Origin: Chiloscyllium plagiosum
Taxonomy: Eukaryota
DNA: 64,000 bases
Assembly (NCBI RefSeq): GCF_004010195.1
Contig: NC_057719.1
Coordinates: 52,444,608 to 52,508,607 of the forward strand
Direction of reading: 5' to 3'
Position 1 is the first letter of the stretch. Each line of letters opens with the position of its first letter. The position numbers and the translations under genes were made by a program. Shown here one piece after another: positions 51,017 to 63,534 of the stretch. Below the pieces are notes generated by a model that saw only the letters and a list, made by a program, of their open reading frames with translations, ran no database searches and was not told the DNA's origin.

Positions 51017-54000
51017 CTCCTTCTCCTTTGATGCTGCCTGACCTGCTGCGCTTTTCCAGCAACACATTTTTAATACCTTACATACAGAATGATTTATATA
51101 AGCTAGGACCAGAATAGAAATTGTATTCCAAGAATTAGTGAATTTGATTATTTCTTTATTTGAGAGCTTTCTTATCATAACAGCTACTGCTAAACTGTTG
51201 AAGTGTATGAATGATAGATTACTTGTTTCTGAAGAAAATCTCCCGTACTTGGATAGTCTGTTCACCCATATCTACCTGCCTCCCCTTAGGAAAGACTTGG
51301 GTAATGCTTTAGGAGGTCACCCAGTAAATTAAATTACCAAAGCAAAGTACTACATCAGGAAAAATAAAAACTGAAAACATTTTCCTCACTACAACCCATT
51401 GGTCAGTTGAGGAGGAAGATTAGTGACAGTTATGAAAAGATTGATTGCCTCTGTTTTCAGTGGTTTATATATGACTCCCATGAGTGAATAGTAGGGTCAA
51501 AATGGCCTCTGTGATTCTATGCCTTTCAAATTCACGATGCTAAAAACTGTACTAAGCTGGTTAGTAATTGAATTTTCTGTTCTTCCCATAAAGTTGTAAC
51601 ATGAAGCTCACAAAATGAACGGCTGCTATTCAAGATGCACTGTGTTCAACTCTGATATTTCCATGAAAGCACGAATAAATCATTGTCTCAGCTGCCATGT
51701 TTTTCTTCCCAGTGACTTTAAATAGCTGTTTCTTAAGCATTGCACAACATTTTATTCTCTCATTGTTCGATCAATTCCATCTGAAATACAACATGGATCT
51801 CCAACAGGATATCATTGATGTCAACATATGAGCAAAATGCTTGTAAAGTTAAATGAAATGTCTGACAGTAGGAACAATCTGGCAATCACAATAACAAAAT
51901 AAAAATAACAGCAACAAATACTGGAGCAGGAGAGTTTTTAAACTTTGAATCAGAAACAATAATTGTCAAGAGCACATAAAATATTCCTTGTGCAATCAAA
52001 CTTGCAGTCTCAAAGAATAAGTGTAGAAAGGAAATCTATCGTGCTACAGATATGCTGCATCTAATTCAACATCTTAAAATATGAAAAATAGGATGCTGGG
52101 AGCTTTTCAGTAAATTATGCTTTCAAATATTGTTGTTTTGTTAATAAATTGATATTGAATTTATGATTTTCAATATCTGATGCAGACCTTGTTGTGCTTG
52201 ATTATATTCCCATTTTAGGTATGGGAGTGATCCTGGTTATTGCATATTGACAATGGATTCTTTCAGGCTTTGATTAAAAATAAACTCTTGGGTAACATAC
52301 ACATCATTCAGGACGTTAAACAGTGTTCTCATGCTTTTTGTAAAATCACTGGTCAGGTGCCAGCTCTCCACAGCAAGTAATTCTCAAAAACCTGCTCACC
52401 ATCTGTCATCCTATTCTCTCTGCTTCATACAGGCAGTTTTAGTTAATCATACATCTGAAAAATATCATGATAAAAAGTTGGAAATTATATTAAAAGACAG
52501 AGGGATGAATTGGCTCATTCTTTAGGCACACTGTGTCCTCCAATAATGTCAGCAGGATTTATGTTCTGACTGCCCTATGGCCTTATTAGGTAAGGCACAT
52601 AAGAGAGACCATTTTTCCATCAGAGACAGGATCCACCCCATCTTGCATTCATCCTCTGTCTCTCGTCTCCTGGCAAGCTTGATTTTGAGAACAACAGACA
52701 CAAATTAACGTGGGTCAGTACTGACGCTCACTTCAGTAGATGCATCCCAAAAATTGAGGTGAGCCAATTCCCGAACAGCACTCAGGGAATGTCCACCTTG
52801 GCTGCCACCTTGTCGAAAATTGCAAACTTAGTTGCAGTTGAATTGGGAAGGTATAGAGTTTGTTAAAAGGTGCTGACTGGAGCTATACAAATCTTTATGC
52901 ATTTTCTATTGTTGCTGTCTTATTGGTGGATGCCACTATGAAAAAGGGCAGGATCCTGGGAGACTTAATTCTGCTGCCACAGAGCTCTCATGCCTGTCTC
53001 TGCCTTCTCTCTGGGTCTGCATTCTGTTATGTGTTGCTGCAGAAGATCTTGGCAAAGTGTTGGAATCAACACAGCACTTCATTTCAGGTGCTGTTCTCCA
53101 TAAATGTTCTGAATATGAAGTAGTTCCTCCAGCATTCCCATTTGTCCACCTTTCAGGTTCAAGGACACTGACTGTGCAATGCTCTGTTCATTCCTAATGT
53201 CCCACTATCCTGATGGAAATGAACACCTAAAGCAAGTCTGTCTTACAAGAATCTTGCCACAAAAGAAATCCAAACACATGAACACTGAGGCAACAAAAGG
53301 CTTCACGTGAATGACTTGTCAGGAATCCAGAACTCACTACACCTTACATTTATATAAGCTATTCACCATGAATGAAAACACAAATCCTAACTTCTAACCT
53401 TCTTGCATTCCAGAGAGCAACAAAGTCAGGGAGTAAACCAAAACACACCAGCCCCTAGATTCATGGATATGGATCTCCAGGTTCTTGTTGACATCGTCAG
53501 GCATTGGAGGAATACCATCATCCCAGAGGATAATCATAAAGTGGTATCAAGATTTCCAACATTGTAAGTGGCACACGGGAGTAGCAACATGCTTGGCGCC
53601 AGTACCAGAAGCAATTCAATGAGCTTCTATGGTGTGGTAAAGTGAGTTTGACATCCAAGATCTTTTAAGCTCTTGGGCACACAGACTACCATTTATCCAG
53701 CAGCTGAGGGAAACAGAGCAAATGCTGCTTCTGATTTTTGGAAAAATGTGCATCACAGACAGTCTTTGGGGACATGTGATGGTATAAAAGTTGTCTTTAT
53801 CCATCTGGAGGAGTTTTCCTTATCCTTGTAGGACTGTAGTGTCATTTCTCCCTCTCCTTGTCCTTGCAGCAGAAAAAGGTGTGCAGCACCTGCAAATGGT
53901 CTGGACAGGGGTGGACCCCCAGTGATGAAAAGCAGCAAGCTATGGAGTAAGGAGAAAGGCAGGGTATTGCAGCAGGAGCAGATTAATTTTGGTGAAATCA

Positions 54001-54637
54001 TTATCCCAGGTGGACATGACCATTGCAGAGACCGCACAATATGATGTAATGGTGGTTCTTGGGGATTTAGTGAATTGGTGCTGACTGTGCAAAGCCTCAT
54101 CTAAAACCATTCCTAACACTGGGTGGTGTGTAAGACCTCAGCACTGCAGAACCTTTTGGGTCTCCAAGGCTAACTTTTTCCAATTCCTCTTTTGCCGCAC
54201 TCAGGTCCATTTCCAGCTTTACCCTTTCTGCCATCTTGGTGATGTCCAATCCAGCTGTTTAATGCCTTGACACATTGGAGATGTCAATCATGTTCCCAAC
54301 ATCTGAGATGGCAGGAAACTCACCTTTAATCACTCTGGAAGAGATCCTGAGACTATTCAGTATGTTGTGAGACACTTCAGCCTGTTTAAACAATTAAAAC
54401 AAAGTTTCAAAACCTATAATTGCCTTCTCATTCCACCTCAGTAACATTCATGCCTCCACTCACTAAGTATGATTGCTGATGGTTCACAATTCCTGCTTCC
54501 CTCCCAGAAAATTGTGTGCTAGGTAACTTGAGGTCTTTAAATTGAAATCTGAGCAAGCATTATTAAGCTTTCATAAGGTATGTGTCTAGTTTACACAAAT
54601 GGCTTTTACCACAAATGCAGAGGAGGCAGCTGGCCAT

Positions 54638-55272
54638 TGCTGTGGACTAGGCCAGACCACTCAAAACATTTTTAAGCAGGCAGCCCCAGACCATAACTTA
54701 GCAATTTATTTCCTTAAGTGTAAAATGAAAATTACCCAGAGTAAGATAGCTAGATTGGCTACTAGATTTTAAAGCAGGCAAAACTTTCTTCACAAAATTA
54801 CAATGAAACACACAGAACAGAATAAAGCTGAACTCAGCCTATGAAATTAGACTTAATTATGCTGTTCCGAATATACACAGCAATCCCAATAAGCAAACTC
54901 ACTTTAAAAACCAATTTAAATGGAAATATGTTTACAGGTTGAAGTTGAAGGGCAGAAAGAGAGGAAGAGAGTTTCCTTACAGCTCCCTGTTGAATTTCCC
55001 ACCAGCCCAGACTGAACTAAAACTGCTTAGCTCAGCTAGAGAGCTGACCACTCCCCTTTCTTTATACAGGTCACTTCTAAAACATGACCACTTTGGGCTG
55101 AAGTCTCATCTGTTTACATATAAACAAAAGGTCTCTCAAAATCCTTTTCATCTCTGTACCAAACCAGACTGATTGGAGCCTAGCCCAGTTTATTAAACCT
55201 CTGAAAAAGATCGACAGAGTCTCCTTGAGCCAAGGAACAGATTTTAGAAAAAAAGGGACTAGTTTTGAGATA
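54638..55272. mobile_element. Solo-LTR-like repeat, copy 2
   Basis: Collinear with 24770-25373 (e.g. actcaaaacatt.ttaagcaggcagccc; aagtctcatctgtttac.tataaacaaaa); flanks ccat/ctat may be a 4-bp TSD with one mismatch. Confidence 0.65.
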
Positions 55273-58043
55273 CTATATGCTGCTTGACTACCATTATATT
55301 TTCACCCCATCTTCCATTTAGTCAAAGATGGGGTCAAAAGCCCATCTCAGGTCCTTGTTGAAGCATGAATCCTCACCACTGTTCACCGTTTTTATGAGAA
55401 ATCTGGTAGATTTTCTACCAACGTTTTCTTTCATGGTAAGGGCTAATAGTGGCTGCTTAGTCTAGTTAGCAGAACAAAAACAACTTGGGAGTTTAATAAG
55501 AACAGGCTCTTAAACAAGATTAGATTTCTTGGATGACAGCAATATCTGCAAGTTATACAAATATAATGGTGATATACTATATCATTAAAGAAACTATCAA
55601 GAAAGGAAGACACAGAAGATTGGTCTTATTCCTTTGCCATCCTAAGCTGTTCTCCTACCAGACTTATGTGGAATCATCTTAATGGGTGCTGATCAAAGCA
55701 CACTACGCGTTAAGCCTATCAGACCCTTATACCTTTACAGAGTAGTCCCCACTCCAACACTCACTGTGTTGTAAAACAGTCTGCATTTGTGATTCCTAAC
55801 CTGAAATCTGATGCTATCCAAGTATCCCTTCAAGTGGTATTGAAATTTGAAGACCAGCTTCTATATTTCCCTAAACCTTCTCAATGGTGACTGCTTTCTG
55901 CAACAAGATATTGTTTGGTCTACCAATATTTCAAAGGACCTGCTGCAGAATGAAGGGAAACTAGTTCAAAGTTAAGATGCCTCAAACTAGCATAGGGTTT
56001 GAAGAAACCTTTTCTTTTAAGACATCTGGTTACATTAGCAAAGATAATTATTGTAATGTTGGGTACTTTCTTTAGAAAGAGAAAGTAGATATATTTCTGT
56101 CAGAAAAAAAAGATTGAAGATTACAAATCAGAATGAGTATCGCCTAGAAAGTATCAAAAGCTTGCTTTTATATAGCAACCTATCATGCCTCTGAGAAGCA
56201 ATCAAACTGCATCATATATAATAAATCACTTTGGAATGCAGCTTGTGTTGCTATGACAGGAAATATCTTGATTATCTTCATCGGCCTGATAAAATATTTT
56301 AGAAATATGCTGCATCCTGTACTCTTGGAAATATCATCTGTGGAGAAAAAGAATTGAAATAGTAGAAATAGAAGAGCAGATAGATAACCAGGCATTTTGT
56401 TTGAGTGATTCTGTCAAGATAAAAGTCTTTTGAACTTTCCCTGCAGATAAAGGCTAGTTTCAGTACAATTGTGAAACTAATGTTCAATTAATGTGGCAAT
56501 GATTTTTTTTCTTATGCAGCATGCTTTGGATTACAGTATATTGACTACATTGTTCGAGCAAAACAAGTTTAAAAATTTTCATTTATAAGTATCTCATAGA
56601 AATTATAGCAGGCAACTCAATCTGAGATTTGCAAATTTTTATGTCTAGATATCAGTAAATGAAAGTAATCTGAATTTATGCAAACTTTCCTAAATGGAGA
56701 TCATGTTAAGATAATGGTTGATCTTCCTAGTTAATAAGATGAATAAACTCAAAATGTGCATGGTTTATTTCTCTATCAGTCTGAAAATTCTCCAAGTATA
56801 CTATTCTCTGAACATAAAATAAATCAGACAGAAGTCCTGTTCTCAGAAATTTACCTGCACTGTTCTATAACGAGCTATGAAACATTGAACCACAGGGACT
56901 AGATTTCATTCCTCCCCAACTGGTTGCATGGATAAGCCAAATGATTACATAAATGTTTGTGGATATGGTATTATCACTTAACACTCTGTTTATGGACATT
57001 GGCAACATAAAAAAAAACTTTATGAATTTTGCATTCAAAAAACAAAGCAACCATTTTAACTTATGTGAACAGCTTAGGAACAGAAATTGAAAATGTAGAC
57101 CTATTTTAATACACTGCTGTGGTTCAATTCTCTGTCGGTTTAACATGACATTTTCATCCTGGAAAATCTACATGGTGCATATTATATGTTCAGACACTGC
57201 CGTTTCTACTTCTTGGTGTGCATTTGTGAAGCAGATTCAAAAGCTGCTCAAAAGATCAAGTTGCAGGCAGAATAATTTTATTCTTTCATTTGTTTGAATC
57301 ACTTTTCAGATATTTAGTACATCTGACTATTAACTTGCACATCTGTGACCATCACCACTCTCACGTTTAACTGTTTCAAGCACATGAGCTACTTTCTGTT
57401 CTCTGTGGTGGTGAAAGGATCAGATAGGGATGATATTATCACAGCTACTGGCTGTGGGGGCGGCATGGAGCAGGTTCAAGGGGAGAGTGGGATGCTGTGT
57501 GGATTTTATTGGCTGGTAGTAGTTGTATCATTGAGAATAGTTTTTTTTTTCTGGAGGGTCCTGACTATCTTACTCTAGTCTTAGTTCAAATGACAATTGG
57601 GCCCTGGTCATCACATAAGAATGCAATCTGCAAATTGAAGAACCCCTTACCCCCTGCAATCTGCAATTGTGGTTGTTCAGACTGGTTGTAATGAAGTATT
57701 TAATTCTCCAAGTCCCTTTTAACTGGCCCTTCACATGAGAATACTGAAAAACTGTTTTGCAGAATTAGCTTCCATTCCCATCAAAGCTATTATGATGCTA
57801 CGACTACACTGGCATCCATCCCAAAGTATGGAACGTTGTCTAGTGTGCCCCTTCTAAAAGATCAGGACAACTTCAACATTGCTAGCCTAGCAACCACATC
57901 AAATCAATACAAAACAAAGCTGTGCATGCATATTGGAGAACTCTCCTTCCATCTTTACAGCCTGACACTTGCTAGCTACTCTCCCTGCAACTAGTGCTGA
58001 CTGATTGCATCTGGTTAGCAATTTTTGAGAAGGTTGTGATAAG

Positions 58044-58134
58044 TATGTAAGCTAGCTGGCTGAGCTGGGTGGTTTGTTTTCAGACGTTTCGTCAACTGAA
58101 ACAAACATTCCAGCTCAGTGAGCTAACTTACATA
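58044..58134. mobile_element. Family C fold-back element with the GAAACGTC half of an HHR
   Basis: tatgtaagctagctggctgagctgg..tttgttttcag versus ctgaaacaaac..ccagctcagtgagctaacttacata; centre cagacgtttcgtca (minus tgacGAAAcgtctg). Confidence 0.65.
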
Positions 58135-58149
58135 TTTAGCTTCTCATTA

Positions 58150-58385
58150 TTGTAGATTTGACAGACGTTCTCTGCTATAAATGGGCTAGTGGCAGGAGCC
58201 ATGAATAAGAATTATAAAACAGCACATAAAATTAAAAGGAACCAATATTCATGCACCTCAAGATATTAAAAGAACTCAATGATTTTTGCAAAGATTTACA
58301 AAGTTGCCTTGGCAACATGTAATGGAAATTGAAGGTACTTATTTCATTTCATTTGAGAGTACATCCATGTAATAATGAGAAGCCA
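58150..58385 (+). repeat. 236-bp direct duplication, copy 1
   Basis: Matches 59198-59433 (offset 1048) with one visible mismatch (58160 g / 59208 a). Confidence 0.95.
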
Positions 58386-59197
58386 TATCTTACATATCTG
58401 GTTCTTAAAAGCTGAGCTGTGTTGTTACCATTTCGTAGGATCTATCTAAATCATTGGGGTGGCCTGAGTGACTTCCTGCTGGCAATCCGCCTCCATGCAC
58501 ATCGTCTTCACCAAGCAGCATGTACAGTCTCTGTTTCCCATCAAAATTAAAACAGGTCTATTAACAAACTTGCAATGAATTTTTTACCAAATTTATTTGG
58601 CTTTGTTAATGAATTGGGCAGGATCTCCGTAATTTCTATAATATCTTTAATTAGAAAATCATGTGAAGTCACTTCAGATGCAAAGGGTTGGTGGGGGTGG
58701 GGAGAATAACTTTGTTACCTTGCTCTATCCTTCATGTCTGTAACATGGCTCCTGTTACCAACAAATGTTGCATGGAAACAAAATCTCTGAAAATTCAGAC
58801 CATTTGTGTAAATTTTCATTTGTGTTTAAACTGAGAATAATGCCTTTATAATATTAAAATGATTTCAGAACTGAGACAGCTGGATTTAAAATGTATGTGG
58901 TTATTTTCTGAATCAAGTAGATGCACACGTTAAAAGACTGAAACATGTAATGAGCTTTGAATTCAATTCTTTGAATTTATCTTGATTTGTAGAAGAGCCA
59001 GGAGCTGAATCAATCTGTACAACATACCTTTTCATAACCGTTGTGAATTATATATTATTCATGTTCTTATTTGAACTATATTTATTTAAAGCATGTTCAA
59101 ACTGCTTCATTATGCTTCCTTCTGGCCAATAGAATATTTATTGTTTTATTGCACAGAGAGTCAAGCTTGTCATGATTGAAACATAAGTAACTTCAAC

Positions 59198-59433
59198 TTG
59201 TAGATTTAACAGACGTTCTCTGCTATAAATGGGCTAGTGGCAGGAGCCATGAATAAGAATTATAAAACAGCACATAAAATTAAAAGGAACCAATATTCAT
59301 GCACCTCAAGATATTAAAAGAACTCAATGATTTTTGCAAAGATTTACAAAGTTGCCTTGGCAACATGTAATGGAAATTGAAGGTACTTATTTCATTTCAT
59401 TTGAGAGTACATCCATGTAATAATGAGAAGCCA
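59198..59433 (+). repeat. 236-bp direct duplication, copy 2
   Basis: Matches 58150-58385. Confidence 0.95.
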
Positions 59434-60510
59434 AGAACAACATAAGGTATATTGATGAAGAATAAAACTCTTTTATTCCTAGAAGCATCCCAAAAGCTAG
59501 TGAAACAATTATTCTGGAATACAATATTGCATACTGGTGAAGCCTCAGTTGATAACAATGTTTTAATTTTGGATAATTTGCTTTCAAAAGACATTGAAGG
59601 TAACATTGTTCCTAGAAAAGCAGCAGAGGTGATGATCTACACATCTAAACATACTTTCATTAGACATTAAACATGTGAAGATTAAATTCACTCTTTATTT
59701 TAAATGCTGGGATGAATGTATAACATAGATGCAAGCAAATTATTTAACTTAGAATGTTACTCTGGCACTTGTAATCTCTCAAATGTTAAATAATAATGGA
59801 AGAATGAAAGGATTTGTTTTCAGCACAATTGTGGATATGTTAACGGATAACCAAATAAAGCAACTAATTCTATATCAGATAACACATTTTAAAATACTTG
59901 GATTAGTGCCTTATCATAAAGGTTGGGGGATTAGTGGTTGTGAGAATTTCACAGAGTTAATTAAATATTTTAAAGAAAATAAAAGCTCCTGAGCCATTGT
60001 GGACATCAAGATGTTACAGTAAGCAAGGCAGAATGTAATAGTTCTTAGATATTTCAGATATTTACTCTCATGGTTTCTAGCAGTCTCGCAGTAGATGCCA
60101 AAAGCATCTACTTTGCAACTGTACTGTTGGCTAATTGTTTAAAGGTAATCAACACCTTTACAGTTATAATCTTTCTTACTTTTTCCTAAATTACATAATG
60201 GCTCATTAGTTCACCCCGTGCAGGGCACCAGATATAGTCTGTCCAATGAGATACAACTGCCAAGAATTTTCAGAAACCTTCAATTACAACATTGACAAAG
60301 ATGACATAATTAATATATTTAATTACATACAACATTCCACTTGTATCAAGATTAAATGTTTGCTCCATGCTATAGATTATTGAATTTGCGGTGCCAAAGA
60401 AAACTAACTTTATTGGAATGGCATATTCTCATCTTTTTGAATAGTGCCCTCTTTGTACATATGAAAACAAAACAATTCAAATCACTGCTTCGTATCTACA
60501 TGCCTCCATT

Positions 60511-60865
60511 GGTGGTCTGCACAGTGGCTCAGTGGTTAGCAGTGCTGCCTCACAGTGTCAGTGACTCAGGTTCGATTCCAGCCTCAGGTGACTGCGTGGG
60601 GTTAGCACATTCTTCCTGTGTCTACATGGGTTTCCTCTGAGTGCTCTGGTTTCCTCCCACAATCCAAACGATGTGCAAATTAGGTGAATTGGCCATGCTA
60701 AATTGCCCATAGTGTTCAGCGATGTGTAGGTTAGGTGCATTGTCAGGGGTAAATGTGGAGTAATAGGATAGGGGAATGGGTCTGGGTGGTATACTGACTC
60801 TCCAGAGGGTTGGTGTGGACTTGTTGGACCAAATGGCCTGTTTCCATACTCTAGGGATTCTATGA
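60511..60865 (+). mobile_element. HE1/V-SINE-like tRNA-derived SINE
   Basis: A box tggctcagtgg (60525-60535), B box ggttcgattcc (60569-60579), central core, CR1-like tail ggaccaaatggcctgtttccatactctagggattctatga. Confidence 0.88.
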
Positions 60866-62643
60866 ACAAAGGACAGTTTTTAACCTTTACTTCATACTAG
60901 CAAAATTATTTTATGCTTTCTATACTGAATGTCAAGCTATGATATAAAGAAAAGACATTTGACCACTGCAATTGCTCAAGCTTAACTTCTTGAATTTAGT
61001 TATCAGTCATTTCTAAATGAATAGACTTATTAAATGATTTTGTAAAGAGAGTAACTGCAGTAAATGGTAAGCATTCTAAAAATCATTTGAACGAATGACA
61101 TTGGGCTGAATGTTTGGAGCTATTGGGGTCAGGACCAGAGGCAGACAAGGATAAGAAAACTTGTGGTGGCTGGAATATTGACATCATTCTTGGTGATGGT
61201 GAATTTGTTAAGGATGACAATCTTCACCTTTACAGGGACATAATGGAGGAGGCAAAGCCACCAAACAAAATTAGGGGAAACAACTGAGCTGAAGGAAGGT
61301 TGTAATTGACAATGGGCCCATGAATTTCAGGTGCTGTATCCAGAGCAGATGAGGAGATACCCCATGAAGACCAAAGCACCAGGCATCATGAAAGCAGAGC
61401 CAATAGGAAGGTGCAGGAAAGGTGCAGAGGGCATAACTCAGTGCCAAAGAAGGAGATACTTGGAAATGACTGAGAACCATGTGGAGGAGACGGCATCTCT
61501 CCAGGCAGATGGCTACAGATTTCTGTGTCCTTGATGATGAAGATTTCATTCCATCTTGTATACCTGTATTATAACCTATTCCTCATTATCCCCAAGAGCA
61601 ATTACATTTGATAAAAAGATATTTGAGCTTTAAATTAACAACTGAAAGGATGAGACCACAAGATTTCATGTTTTGAAACTGACTGTTACATGCAAGTTAA
61701 TAGTATCGCTGATTAAACACTTCATGTAGTCAACTTACACTTTAAAGTGCTGACCAGAACTTTCTATTTTAATTTTTAACAAATTGACAATCGTACGTCA
61801 CAATTGCATTTTACTCTGTCCTTTTAGGTATGCATTCATTCATGTAGAATGATTCTTACTCTGAAGGATTTGCTTCTATTCTTTTCCTTCTTAAACCTGG
61901 TAATATTTAACCAGAAACCTTCACCGAAAAAGATGTTTTTTCTCTTTTGAAGTTTCTCCCTCCTGTGTAAGCTAGGCAAGTCTTCCAGCTCATTTCAAAG
62001 CATCATAAATTTAACCTGTTCAATTCGAATGAGTTCTCCCACCTACATTCCTGCATAGTGAACCATAGAGACTTGCAGCGTCAAGCTTATTTCTTTTCAT
62101 TCAGGGAATGTTGGAGTAATTAGTGAGGTCAACTCATCCCTAATTCCTCTTGAGAACTTTCCCCTTGAATTGTCACAGTGTTTGGGTTTCAGTTCACCCA
62201 TAATGTTGATAGGAAGATTTTGATTATTTGGAGCTGAAACCCACATGACAATTATCCTCATTGTGCAGATACCAGTGGAAGCTCTTTCAGAGGCTGCTGC
62301 ACCAGTGTCATTTTTGATGGCTTTCTTACAGCCTGCAGATGGCAAATTCCATGAATTCTTCTTTGTCAACTCCTAAAGAACCTCTCCTCCAGGTTGGGCT
62401 GACCATGTGCTCCTTTATCCTACAAGAAAAGGAGAGCTTGAAAAGATATTGTTGGCCCCTCTGTCAATGCAAGCTTTTCCTGTTCGTTCAAATTTCTGTG
62501 TTGAGTAGTCCTTGGACATGATGACTGAGCCATTCTGACAGGTCAGTAAAAGTCCTGGGTACAAATTTTTCCAATATTCAGGAATAATGTGTCTCCGGAG
62601 TCTGAGGTATCTCCTGGCAGGTGAATATGTAATGGCATAATAA

Positions 62644-62815
62644 TTATGTTAGGTCATTAAACCTCTTCTGACGACGGATCCAATTTCTGGACACTACAGT
62701 CCTTCTGCTAACTGTATCAACTATTTCCTTGTAAGGTTGTTTTGAGCTTCCTTCAATCACTGTCTGAGAAGGAGAACTTCTTCTTCCCTATAGTCACATG
62801 AGGATCTCCAGGCCC
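62644..62815 (-). pseudogene. Myb/SANT-like DNA-binding domain remnant (PIF/Harbinger-type)
   Basis: Minus 62733-62644 reads YKEIVDTVSRRTVVSRNWIRRQKRFNDLT*, preceded across frameshifts by LEILM..REEEVL; resembles WxEIAxxV...RTxxQCRKRFNDL. Confidence 0.45.
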
Positions 62816-63534
62816 TCTCTGCCTCTGAATCTTTATAGACAATCTTTAATACAAAGCTTCTATACTCAACCTGAAGTAACAGTACTTAAAGTTGGCTGTG
62901 GTAATAGCTGCCATTATTTGTTCAAATCTGGACTATACTTGAATAGCCCTAAATCAGCTGCCAACCCCACAGCCGCTAATTGTTCATCAAATTCATTTCT
63001 GGGCAATTAAGGAAGTCCTAACATAAAACCCTGGACTGATGATTACCCAAACCCTGGGAGGAAACTGTCAAAAGTACGTCACAATAAAGGTTGGTAACAA
63101 ACAACTGTCGCCTCCAAAAAACAGAATGTATAGTCATGATAATTGCTGAAACTAAATATAATTTGAATAAGAGCACTACTTTTTCCACTTTGACAAAACT
63201 TGTGGGGCATTTTTAAAAAAGAAGTTAAATTCGTTACATATATTTAACAAATTGTCTGTAATGCTTGTCTACATTCAGAGTAAGATTCCGAATGATGGCA
63301 AAAAATGCAACTTTTAATAATTAAAGAGTTTTTATTCTTTCCAAATCTAGACCTTCAGCAAAATGCCAGGAAACTAGTCACGATTTGAAATACATTGTGT
63401 TAAGATTTACACCATCCAGATCCATTGTACTTTAACGATCAGAACAATATCTGTATCACATTATTAGCATCACACTGTTATGTTGCACTTGCACCTGTTT
63501 GGATCAATTTTGTACACAAAGCAATAAATTAAGA

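Larger units (their letters stand above)
50843..51072. mobile_element. Young family A fold-back element with an intact HHR core on each strand
   Basis: ~90-bp near-perfect inverted arms 50881-50971/50981-51071; ~36-nt tail 50843-50880; perfect 15-bp TSD ataccttacatacag (50828-50842/51073-51087). Confidence 0.92.

Noticed and set aside
50780..51265. Two ORFs on opposite strands with near-identical peptides
   Set aside because: Consequence of the inverted repeat, not evidence of coding
52540..54600. Harbinger-like transposon body
   Set aside because: Only a faint Myb-like echo; no HARBI1-type DDE motifs or TIRs found
60090..60112. Small hairpin agtagatgc-caaaa-gcatctact
   Set aside because: 9-bp stem with no supporting context; too short for a pre-miRNA
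60511..60590. tRNA gene
   Set aside because: A/B boxes continue into a SINE core and CR1-like tail; a second diverged copy lies at 41752-42092
62097..62369. 90-aa minus-strand ORF as an exon
   Set aside because: No recognisable domain or convincing splice sites; lies beside a probable transposon relic
177..63010. Most short ORFs in the supplied track as host genes
   Set aside because: They are 60-130 aa, lack recognisable domains, and mostly overlap repeats, their antisense strands or N gaps; only TE-derived peptides were retained
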